Below, in pieces: positions 1 to 9,000 of a stretch of 64,000 nucleotides of DNA. Position 1 is the first letter of the stretch. The number at the start of each line of letters is the position of its first letter. Source of the DNA: a virus; IMG/VR virus record IMGVR_UViG_3300045988_142974, positions 1 to 64,000 of that record. The stretch is one strand, 5' to 3'. A model generated the notes under the pieces. The model had not been told where the DNA came from, made no database searches, and saw nothing but the letters and a program-made list of their open reading frames with translations. Both the position numbers and the translations under genes were made by a program.

Positions 1-101
1 ACATTCCATGATAGAATGTAATCAGAGTGCTTGAAAACGCCGAAAATACAGTGTTTATGCGACTTTGAGATAATATCAAGTTATCGTAACTTATCATAAT
101 T

Positions 102-158
102 TGGTGTAAAATCTTAATTAATTGGTGTAGTAAATGGTGTACTAAATGGTGTAGTAAC
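102..158. repeat. TGGTGTA iteron-like repeats: three tandem 12-bp units (123-134 tggtgtagtaaa, 135-146 tggtgtactaaa, 147-158 tggtgtagtaac) plus a solitary copy at 102-108
   Basis: Read directly; exact 12-bp phasing of TGGTGTA in a non-coding stretch. Confidence 0.8.
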
Positions 159-185
159 AGGAAAGAACACAAAGATATTAAAATA

Positions 186-225
186 GGGTATATGTCTAAA
201 ATAAAATTGACATATACCCTATTTT
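186..225 (+). terminator. Rho-independent terminator-like hairpin (gggtatatgtc / gacatataccc) followed by tatttt
   Basis: 11-bp perfect stem, 12-nt loop, T-rich tail. Confidence 0.5.
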
Positions 226-295
226 ACTGTATAATAAGAATATTAAATGACAAAATAAAATACAAATAATAACGAGAAACGAGGTAAAAAGTAAT

Positions 296-493
296 ATGAA
301 ATCTGTGTTTCCTTCTAAGGAAGCTTTTTTCTATTTTTCCCAAAATAAAAACCAAAGATACAAACCTCTTGACAAGGAAAGTAGTAATAAACCATATATG
401 ACATTAGGATGGGAGAATAATATTGTATTCATAAAAGACAGTAATGATAATTATTTTTATATTAAAAGTAAAGCGAGTGATGAAAATGCCTAA
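296..493 (+). CDS. hypothetical small protein (65 aa)
   Basis: ORF track; acgagg RBS-like sequence upstream of the ATG. Confidence 0.4.
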   Translation: MKSVFPSKEAFFYFSQNKNQRYKPLDKESSNKPYMTLGWENNIVFIKDSNDNYFYIKSKASDENA

Positions 494-821
494 AATGAAG
501 AAGTGTACCGTATGTAATAAGATGTTTCTAAGCCACAATGGAATAGAGGTGTGTTCAACTACATGTGCTATTGAACGCAAACACCGACAAGACGAAAAAG
601 GAAATGAACGTAGACGATATGGATTATCTAATTCTAATTTTGAAAAAATTTGTCCTATTTGCGGAAAAGCATTTGAAACAATTCATTCAAAATACTGTTC
701 TGAAAAATGTTCAGCGATTGCCAGGAATAAAAATATTTCTGAAAATAATAAGCAATATTACAATCTACATCGTAGTAACATTATTGAAAAATCTAAGAAT
801 AATCGAAAACGTAAAAAATAG
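480..821 (+). CDS. Cys-rich zinc-ribbon protein with basic tail (two CxxC...C...C units)
   Basis: ORF 444..821; start moved to the MKMPKMKKC methionine, which overlaps the stop of the preceding ORF; CTVCNK and CPICGK motifs. Confidence 0.45.
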   Translation: MKMPKMKKCTVCNKMFLSHNGIEVCSTTCAIERKHRQDEKGNERRRYGLSNSNFEKICPICGKAFETIHSKYCSEKCSAIARNKNISENNKQYYNLHRSNIIEKSKNNRKRKK

Positions 822-848
822 GCATACAGACTTTTATTTCTGTATGCC
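821..848. terminator. Hairpin between convergent genes (ggcataca / tgtatgcc), likely bidirectional terminator
   Basis: 8-bp perfect stem between the plus-strand ORF ending 821 and the minus-strand ORF ending 856. Confidence 0.5.
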
Positions 849-855
849 TAAAATG

Positions 856-1611
856 TTATTTTGATTTTCGTTCAAGATTTATCATGTGTACTTTGTCCAT
901 TAGCGGCGTTTTAATTTTATTACTTTTACAAGAGACTAACAACGCAGGGATATCTTTGTTCAAACAATGTGAATCATAATAGGGCTGCTCTGGATATACA
1001 TAAGTATGTGATGGATTAACTCGTTCATCAGCAACAAAGCACTGTCTTAGACGTTCATATTGAATTCCAAAAGCCTTGGCAATATCAGCAAATTCATTAC
1101 AAAACGTTACCTTAGTTGCGATCCAACAATTTTCCATATATTTTGCTAATTCCGCAGTTTTCCAGTCAACAAAAATGTAATTAAAAGTCCCATCTTTGAC
1201 CCTTGAATATAGTTGAGCGACTTTGCAACAATAATCTTCATTTCCACCAAGAATAACAAAATTAGGTGATTCTAAGCTATGCTGTGTTGTGCCGTAATAC
1301 TCAGGAGAGATTACAATGTTATCCTTACAAAGTGACTCGCAAGTTCCTACAGGCACGGCAGACTTGATTATAATAACATCTGCATCAATTTTATTACAAA
1401 TCCATTTGACCTCAGAAGTATCACATTCTCCATTTCCCTTCATTTCGGTAGGAACGCAAACAAAAGCAAAATCGTAATGTTCATTTAATAATTCAGTCGA
1501 ATTATATCTGCCTATATACTTATCGTATATTTTAAAAGAATCAGATATTAACGCAAACTCCTTTAAAATATGTTTTCCAATATTACCATAACCGCAAATT
1601 AAATTTTTCAT
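856..1611 (-). CDS. UDP-glucose/GDP-mannose dehydrogenase-family protein, short form without the C-terminal domain
   Basis: N-terminal Rossmann GYGNIGK; SPEYYG..PNFVILGG resembles the PEFLREG..RIVIG motif; AELAKYMENCWIATKVTFCNEFADIA central helix; HCLNKD resembles the catalytic Cys motif GGxCxxKD. Confidence 0.6.
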   Translation of the reverse strand: MKNLICGYGNIGKHILKEFALISDSFKIYDKYIGRYNSTELLNEHYDFAFVCVPTEMKGNGECDTSEVKWICNKIDADVIIIKSAVPVGTCESLCKDNIVISPEYYGTTQHSLESPNFVILGGNEDYCCKVAQLYSRVKDGTFNYIFVDWKTAELAKYMENCWIATKVTFCNEFADIAKAFGIQYERLRQCFVADERVNPSHTYVYPEQPYYDSHCLNKDIPALLVSCKSNKIKTPLMDKVHMINLERKSK

Positions 1612-1633
1612 TTTTTGAATTATCCTCCATAGA

Positions 1634-2350
1634 CTATATTAATTGTACTATATTATTATTCTCTTTTATAATCGTATCGTATTGATGAACAATTCTAAAA
1701 AGTTTAAGCTCGTTATCAATTCCTGTCAAAGAAGGATTTTTTTCTTTTGCCAATCGAATGATATATTGTTCGGACGAGTTATTGTAGATTTTATCATTAA
1801 TTATTTTTGCTTGTTTGTAAAATTCGACCAATGCCTCTTTTACTCCTACACATATACCCGCATTTAAAAATTTATGAGTACCAGAGATTTTTAGCAGTTC
1901 CTGTAATGGTTCTACGACTGCATTTGGATATGGGATAGGAGTAGCATTATATACTACAGAAACTTTATACGAAAGATATTTTTCGATAAATGTAGCATCT
2001 AAATCATTAACAATTAAAGTGTCTCGTCCGTCTAAAATTAAAACATAATCGGTTTTTATCTGTTCCAAACATTCTAAAATATGATTAATTTTCATGCAGT
2101 TATTCCATTTCTGTTCATTAATTGCCGTATTGAAGATAGGAATATTATTATATGTACATTGCTTAACAATGAATGATTTATCATAACAGCTCTGATTCAT
2201 AACAGAAATAATGGACAGATTGCTATCCATTTGAATAGGTCTGTCCAAATTTTCTCTGATAATATTTTCATGTCCTATAATTCCCGTACCGGGGAAGTGA
2301 AGCACGTAAAGGTCTTCATTGTTTTTATTCTGATATTTTTTGTGCTTCAT
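1634..2350 (-). CDS. hypothetical protein, possibly glycosyltransferase-like
   Basis: ORF track, start moved to MKHKKY; only weak motif resemblance (LDGRDT, FLNAGICVG); paired with the dehydrogenase-like gene. Confidence 0.25.
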   Translation of the reverse strand: MKHKKYQNKNNEDLYVLHFPGTGIIGHENIIRENLDRPIQMDSNLSIISVMNQSCYDKSFIVKQCTYNNIPIFNTAINEQKWNNCMKINHILECLEQIKTDYVLILDGRDTLIVNDLDATFIEKYLSYKVSVVYNATPIPYPNAVVEPLQELLKISGTHKFLNAGICVGVKEALVEFYKQAKIINDKIYNNSSEQYIIRLAKEKNPSLTGIDNELKLFRIVHQYDTIIKENNNIVQLI

Positions 2351-2990
2351 AATATTTTTCAACCTCACTTGTAATATAATCATTAGTATACCCATATTCT
2401 ACGATATCTTTATTGTTATACATTTCTTCTGTATAATTATCTAATATCCATTTACATAACACCTGACAATAAATAAGGTTATAAGTTTTATTGTTAAGTA
2501 AAGTTATATATATATGTTTAATATCGAGATACGTATATTCCTCAAAAGATTCATTGCTTGCGTGATAAAGAACGACATCTTTTTCAGAATACATTTCATA
2601 CATATTTTTAAGATTAATCTGATCTTCAATTTTAAATGTAAACAGCTTAGATTTGCCTGACGACAGTTCAATATTTAGTCCATTAGTAATAAACTCTTGA
2701 CATTTATTTTTGATTAAAGAGACAAGATTCTCTTTGACTATTTCCATGTTAATAGATATTGGAGTTTCAAACAAAAAATATTTTTCTTCATCAAGACATT
2801 CAATATCATCAGAGATAAGCTTTACATTTACGGTAAATTTTTGTTGTGAATTGATTAAAAAATAATGTATTTCATCTGATACTTCGTGATAATCCAAAGA
2901 AGTATTGTCATTGATAATTTGTTGAGCGTACTCATCAGAATCTTGGAAGCCATAAAATTGTCCATTTTTGTCATAAAGTATATAAAACAC
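2325..2990 (-). CDS. hypothetical protein just downstream of the tail fibre (possible fibre assembly/accessory protein)
   Basis: ORF track; start abuts the tail fibre stop. Confidence 0.35.
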   Translation of the reverse strand: MFYILYDKNGQFYGFQDSDEYAQQIINDNTSLDYHEVSDEIHYFLINSQQKFTVNVKLISDDIECLDEEKYFLFETPISINMEIVKENLVSLIKNKCQEFITNGLNIELSSGKSKLFTFKIEDQINLKNMYEMYSEKDVVLYHASNESFEEYTYLDIKHIYITLLNNKTYNLIYCQVLCKWILDNYTEEMYNNKDIVEYGYTNDYITSEVEKYYEAQKISE

Positions 2991-5963
2991 CTATTTCCAC
3001 CTCCCTACAAAAAACATCGAAAAGTAATCTGCTGCTTCATTATACCCATATGGGTAATGACGAACATCAATCGAAGAAGTATTTTTTTCACTGAAACTAA
3101 CCAAATTATTACCGGAAGCATCAGAAGATATATTCTGTTTGCCAAAAGCAAAATATTTATTATTTACAAATGACACGGGAAAAGATATTGTTTTCTTACC
3201 ACTGCCTTGAGACACATTCTGACGGCTATTGTCATTATGTATCTCGATGAAAATCATTTGAATGCCATTGGTATATCGAATATAGTAATAATTAGTACCA
3301 GAGCCTGAACCATAACAATCTGAAAATACATAATTATCGCTTGAACCATAGCTCTCTATACCACTTGTTGCAAAATCATCCATATTATAACTATGACCAG
3401 AAGTTCCAGCAAGTCTCATCCACCAATTCGGTTCTGTACCATTCCCCCCTGCGAAAGTTACGCGTGGGAAATTGTACCTACAACTTATTACAGCATGGGT
3501 ATCTGCGCCGCCGAAAGCAATACCAGAAGCATAATCGCCTTCAAACCACCCCGGAGCAGTATATTGTCCTCTGATGGTTTTTAAGAAAAATCCTGTTGTA
3601 GCTCCGTTGTCATGCAAAGCCGAAAATCCTGCGGATGTATTATCTGTTAAAAAACACGTAAAATTGGGGTCTGCTGTGCCATGATTATGATTGGACGGTG
3701 GATATGAACTTGGTCTTCCAGTAATATTGTCCCATGCTACACTACTAGAACTACTTCCACCAAATTCGTACCATTCTCCCCATGTACTGCTTGAATAGGT
3801 ACGCTTGTACATATTATATGTATAATCTGGCATAAAAATTTGATATGGCGTCCCTACATTAAAATCTACAAGTAACGTTGCATTACAGGATAATGGATTG
3901 TTTGTGAGAGTACCAGAGAGGTGGTATATACCGCTTGTTGTAACATTATTCAAATCTATATCGCTGAGGCTTTCGGCTTTTAATGCATAATTAGTATAGT
4001 TACTATTATCTAATACACGCTTCCATGGTTTACCTGAAATTCCGCTACTAGAATTAGTAGTCCTATAATACAAACCGTCTTGATGTTCTGTTCCAATAGC
4101 CAGTTGACTTGTCCAAGTGGTTGCATTGTCGACCCAGCCCATGTTTAATGCATGAAACCAACCACTTCCTATAGGACTATCTTCGGTTGCAGCAATCATA
4201 CCCGTAGCGAAACCTTGGCTGGCTAAATCATTAACTGTGACAGAATTAGAATCTCCGATTTCTCCTGAATTATATACTTTAATATATTTTTTTGATTCAG
4301 TTTCGGTTGCAGGAGTATATCCCAAAATATCACATACTCCTTGTTTCGTCATTACCGAAGTATAGTTCTTACTATCCAATACTTTATTTCCAATCTGATA
4401 AAAATATCCTTCGGAATCAATATAACTTTTCCCTGATTTGCCTAAGTATATATTGTTGTCTGTTCCGTATTGCAAATATAAATCTCCATCACTTCCCTGT
4501 CCATCTGAACCTACAATCCCTCTAGCTCTGATTGGATTGTCAATTGCGTTACCTTGCACAGTAAGACTTCCTGTAAGTATTCCTCCTGACAATGGAAGAG
4601 CGTTGATTGCCTTATCGTATGCTGTATTCCATTTTGTTCTTTCGCTAGGAGTAATATGTTTAACAGTATCTGTAATATGTTGTACTGCATTATTCCAAGC
4701 CGTAATCAGAGCAGAAGTAATTCCATCTAACACAGATTTATTTGTATGAGTGTGTTTTTTATTGTTTGCATCATCGTAATTAATTTTATCTTCTTTAGAC
4801 AGTAAACCATCAAGCGTTTGTGTAGCTTTTGGAATGGCATTAGCAGAAATTGCAACCCATTTTGAACCACTATAACGATATGTATAATCAGTATCCTTTA
4901 CATTTACAGTCCAGCCATCTTCAGGATTAGGATAGGTTTTTGTAATATCCGCAAAAGTATTTACAGATTCTTTCCAATCAATATTGCTTTCTAAAGTAGA
5001 AAATTTATTGTCGATTTCATTTTTGGTATATTTATCATTCCAATTATTTTTATTTGAATTTATGGTATTTTCAACGGATACTGCTTTATCATAGGCTGTT
5101 TTTACAGCATTGGCAGTAGGAGCATGAGTGGTAGAAGTAGAAGAAACACTGTTTTCAAGCTCATTTGTAAGAACAAAATGATGATTATCTAATTTATTTT
5201 GTAAATCATTTGCTTTGTCATTTGCGTTCTTTGCCGCTTCGTTTGCTTTTTCTATGGCGATAGCAGTGTCAGACTCTCTTTTATCCTCTTGTGTTTCTCT
5301 TATGGCTTCATTTTGCTGTCTAGTATTTTCATTTGCAATACGAGTATTTTCGTTTTTAACACGCTCATCTTCAGAATCAATACGTTTGTTTTCATTGTTT
5401 ATACGAGTATTTTCGGAATTAATTCGTTTAGATTCATTTGATTCACGTTTAATCTCATTAGTCTTACGACTGTCCTCATTTTTTTCTCGAATATTTTCAT
5501 GTTCCGTTACAGTTTTATCGAGTTCTTCAACCTTATCGTTTAATCGCTTAAATTCATTATGCAATGAATTGTATTCATCCGAGCTTAAAATTGTATCATC
5601 TGATACAGCACTCGCTTCGATAATCGCATTAAAACTTGTAGATGAAAGAACCTGATTTGTATTAATGTCATAGAGTGAAAGAGTAGCTTTGGCTACACCA
5701 GAGGCAATTAACATTTGTTCTGTTAAATCAATTGTAACAGTGTTGTCTGAATTGATTACACAGTCATTAAAAACCGCTTTTTTATCAGGTTTTAACCATT
5801 TGACCCTAGCTTTAACAGAATCACCAGCAATTTTATATTCTTCACCCTTGAATGTAAGCGACACGGTAATATAACGAGAATTTTTATCATACTCTTTTGT
5901 ATCAATTGTCTTTTCTTCGTTGTAATATAAATCTAACGAAAGATTATGATTTAATTTAATCAT
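2991..5963 (-). CDS. tail fibre / receptor-binding protein with BppU-like N-terminal domain, coiled-coil repeats and HxH motifs
   Basis: N-terminus resembles the baseplate upper protein (BppU) Ig-like domain; imperfect repeats KRESNESKRINSENTRINNENKRIDSEDERVKNENTRIANENTR; HTHTNKSVLD and HNHGT motifs typical of fibres. Confidence 0.75.
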   Translation of the reverse strand: MIKLNHNLSLDLYYNEEKTIDTKEYDKNSRYITVSLTFKGEEYKIAGDSVKARVKWLKPDKKAVFNDCVINSDNTVTIDLTEQMLIASGVAKATLSLYDINTNQVLSSTSFNAIIEASAVSDDTILSSDEYNSLHNEFKRLNDKVEELDKTVTEHENIREKNEDSRKTNEIKRESNESKRINSENTRINNENKRIDSEDERVKNENTRIANENTRQQNEAIRETQEDKRESDTAIAIEKANEAAKNANDKANDLQNKLDNHHFVLTNELENSVSSTSTTHAPTANAVKTAYDKAVSVENTINSNKNNWNDKYTKNEIDNKFSTLESNIDWKESVNTFADITKTYPNPEDGWTVNVKDTDYTYRYSGSKWVAISANAIPKATQTLDGLLSKEDKINYDDANNKKHTHTNKSVLDGITSALITAWNNAVQHITDTVKHITPSERTKWNTAYDKAINALPLSGGILTGSLTVQGNAIDNPIRARGIVGSDGQGSDGDLYLQYGTDNNIYLGKSGKSYIDSEGYFYQIGNKVLDSKNYTSVMTKQGVCDILGYTPATETESKKYIKVYNSGEIGDSNSVTVNDLASQGFATGMIAATEDSPIGSGWFHALNMGWVDNATTWTSQLAIGTEHQDGLYYRTTNSSSGISGKPWKRVLDNSNYTNYALKAESLSDIDLNNVTTSGIYHLSGTLTNNPLSCNATLLVDFNVGTPYQIFMPDYTYNMYKRTYSSSTWGEWYEFGGSSSSSVAWDNITGRPSSYPPSNHNHGTADPNFTCFLTDNTSAGFSALHDNGATTGFFLKTIRGQYTAPGWFEGDYASGIAFGGADTHAVISCRYNFPRVTFAGGNGTEPNWWMRLAGTSGHSYNMDDFATSGIESYGSSDNYVFSDCYGSGSGTNYYYIRYTNGIQMIFIEIHNDNSRQNVSQGSGKKTISFPVSFVNNKYFAFGKQNISSDASGNNLVSFSEKNTSSIDVRHYPYGYNEAADYFSMFFVGRWK

Positions 5964-5992
5964 TCTGCCACATTCCTCCTTTTCTAATTTTC

Positions 5993-6027
5993 AAAAAAAA
6001 TAAAAGGACTGCTTTTACACAGTCCTT
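5993..6027 (-). terminator. Rho-independent terminator after the Tal gene
   Basis: aaggactg / cagtcctt stem followed on the minus strand by a T run. Confidence 0.6.
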
Positions 6028-6041
6028 AAAATGTCAATATA

Positions 6042-9000
6042 TTAATCTTCGATATCTCCCCATGGGGTACTCCAATCACCGCCCAAGGCTATTACACCTT
6101 CGTTGCAGTCGATTGAAATGCTACGACTTTGACTGTCGTTCTGCATATATATCTGTCCAACATAAGCGTGCAAGTTTGCTCCTTCTTTTCGACTTAGCAG
6201 AAACTCGGTAGGAGTCAAATAGGCTTGTTCGTTTTCATCGGCGACATATCTTAGATTTCCGTCTACAATATGCCAATTGCCAATTCTACCTGAATTTGCT
6301 GTGATGTTACCTACAATATTTGCATTTTCCGCATATAATGCGCCATCCAATCCTACGCAAAAAATGTGTCTATCTGTTCCTGCAACCATATCACCGGCAT
6401 ATACCCCCCAACCGGCGGTAGTATTAATACCTACTTTGTTGTCCGCTGAATTAATACCCGTGGTACTTATCACAAAACCACCAATATTACCGCTTGTGGC
6501 AGTAATATTACCTTGTATAGTAGCTTTGGTAGCAATTAAAGAACCGTCATGATAAACCTTAAACTCGGCATTTTGTCCACCGTTTCCAATGCCGCCTGCA
6601 CCTGCCCAAAAAGCAGAACCATGTCCAAATTTTTGCATACCGCAACCAACATTATCGGTTACATTAAACAATCCATTTTCATCAACAATGAATCCGCCAA
6701 TATTACCGCCTGTTGCAATAATATTTTTAGTTGTAACATCGCCTGCGAATGTGCCGTTTCCAGAAGTGTCAACACCCATAACAACGTCTCCGCTTTTATT
6801 ATATATGGCAAAAATATGAGATTGCTGAACCAATCCGAGTGGATCAATAATGACCTTACCAGTATTATCACTGGAAATTTGAAGATACCCGCCGCCAATA
6901 AAAGGAGAAATAACATAATTACTAGAAATTTCTGTTGTAAAACCAAGACATTTTTGTAATGTATTTCCTAGATTCTTTGCGCTTTCAGCAAGTTCATATG
7001 CAGAATTCGCTTTTGTGTCATCTGTATATCGAACTTTTTCAATCCAGTCAGAAGCACTATATCTAGTATTATCCTTTGTAGAAACAAGAATAGTTCCTTG
7101 TTTGTATCGTGGATAAGTACCATTTTTGCCATCTGCATTGTCAACATCAAGTATCCACAAATCTTTTGCTTTATAATTGTTTGGTTTTGACACGTAAATA
7201 GAAGCTTTACCATCAATTGTGTCAAACACTTCTTTAGATACTTCCATTTCTTTCCAGGCATATGATGAAGTATAAACAAAAGTTTGCTTTGAAGTAGAAG
7301 ATATGTTATACCATAGATCTCCAATATGCTCCTTTTTTGTATCATCATCTTTCCAATCAGCGGCTGGATCATCTGCTTGATACCATGTTTGTGTTTTCTT
7401 ATCTAACTGATTTTTGGTATCTTCAATGTATTCTTTATAATCTCCAGAAATAAAACTGTTCAAACTGGAATCATCGGTATATTTGGAGGCAACTTCCCAA
7501 TCTGCATCAACATAATTACCAGTCATACGAGTTTGTTTGCACTTTAAAATATCTCCATTCTGACCTTGTACCCATAGATCTCCAATATAATACGGTGGTT
7601 TTGGTGTAATAGTAAAAATTTGTGCTTTAGATTTTGCTAATTCGGAAAGTTCGCTATCTGTAGTAGCTTCCCATTTTTCGCCTGTCCATCTTCGAGTAAC
7701 CGAATTTTTGGTATCAAACCAAATATCTCCGATGTGTTCTTTTTTAAGTGAAGGAGTAGTCCAGTCTAATGAAGGGTCATTTTCCTGAGAAAAAGTCTGA
7801 ATACGACCATCTAACTGTTCAAGATAACCGTCCAATCCAGCAATATCTGTAATTTCAGGGCTATTTACATTTTCCCATTTAATTTTCGCACTGCCAGCAA
7901 GAGTAACGTTTCCATTTTCATCTATGTATAACTGCTTTTCATATACATTACCAGTTGCCTTAGTATATTGTTTTTGGATTGTGAAAGCATTACTGTTTTT
8001 AGCATCATCGCCATTAGTTGTAATAAACAAACCGTTGTCTGAAAATTCCATAGTATTGTTAGCATTGTAGATTCCAAACCTGTCTTCGCCTAAGATTTGT
8101 TTGCCTATGATTTTTTTAGCAATAATACCATATTCTTGAATTTCTTCTTTTGTAGAAGGGTCAACATAAACGAACTCGCCGACACCAACTTCAAGTGTCT
8201 TCCAGTTGTTTTTTGTGAGATAAAACCCGTTGTTTTGAAATTTGGCTTGACAAGGACTAAATGTACAAGTAATATCATCATACATTCGCATCCATAAACC
8301 ATGCTCATCCACAACCATGTTTTGATTGTCTGCCGCACTTACAATTTTCAAATTAGTAAGGTTTAGACCGTTTTCTACCCAACTCGGAGCAAGAGCGGCA
8401 TTTTCAGTATTTTTATTCATTTGATTAACAACAGAGGGGAAGCTTGAACTAATTGATTTTGCTTGATCAAGAATTTGTTTAATTACTAATGCATTATTTT
8501 TTGCATTAATAACATCTGAAAATTCAACATTAATAGTTTGAATATTGTCTTCAGAAAAGGTGATTTCATAACTTAACAATCTCATTTTATAGATTGTTTC
8601 ATCAATCTGCATTCTAATATAATTACCCACTTCAAAATAATTTATAATCGGTTCAAACTCTTTTAATGCGAGTAAATTACTAAGAGTAGCAGTAATTGTA
8701 TATTTCATTTCAGCAGATTTCTTAAGCTCTTTCAATGCTTTTTCACGAAGCTGTTTTGCCTGTTCAATAACTTCTTCGTTGGTTAATCCGTCTGAAATAT
8801 AATTGCTGTTTTCATATTTATCTTCTCGAAGATAAGTAAGGTAGGACAAATAATCTGACTCACCGAGATAGGTACGTAGATTTAGCATTTTTTGAATAGT
8901 TTGCTTTTCCCATTCAAGATTATCAATGTTAGTCGCAATAGCTTCAATCTGCTTTGCACGTTCATTATATTCGTCTTCAATATAATTTCTTCTATTATAA

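Noticed and set aside
5290-5480. Short periodic DNA repeats as a possible CRISPR array or DGR template
   Set aside because: The repeats are in frame and encode the NENTR/KRI coiled-coil heptads of the tail fibre. There are no unique spacers, and the window has no cas genes or reverse transcriptase.
5215-5655. Plus-strand ORFs antisense to large minus-strand genes (e.g. 5215..5655, 6277..6959, 17397..17771, 39987..40613, 10237..10515, 29016..29294)
   Set aside because: They lie entirely inside well-supported minus-strand genes. Their S/L/F/V-rich low-complexity composition is typical of shadow frames, and they lack RBSs.
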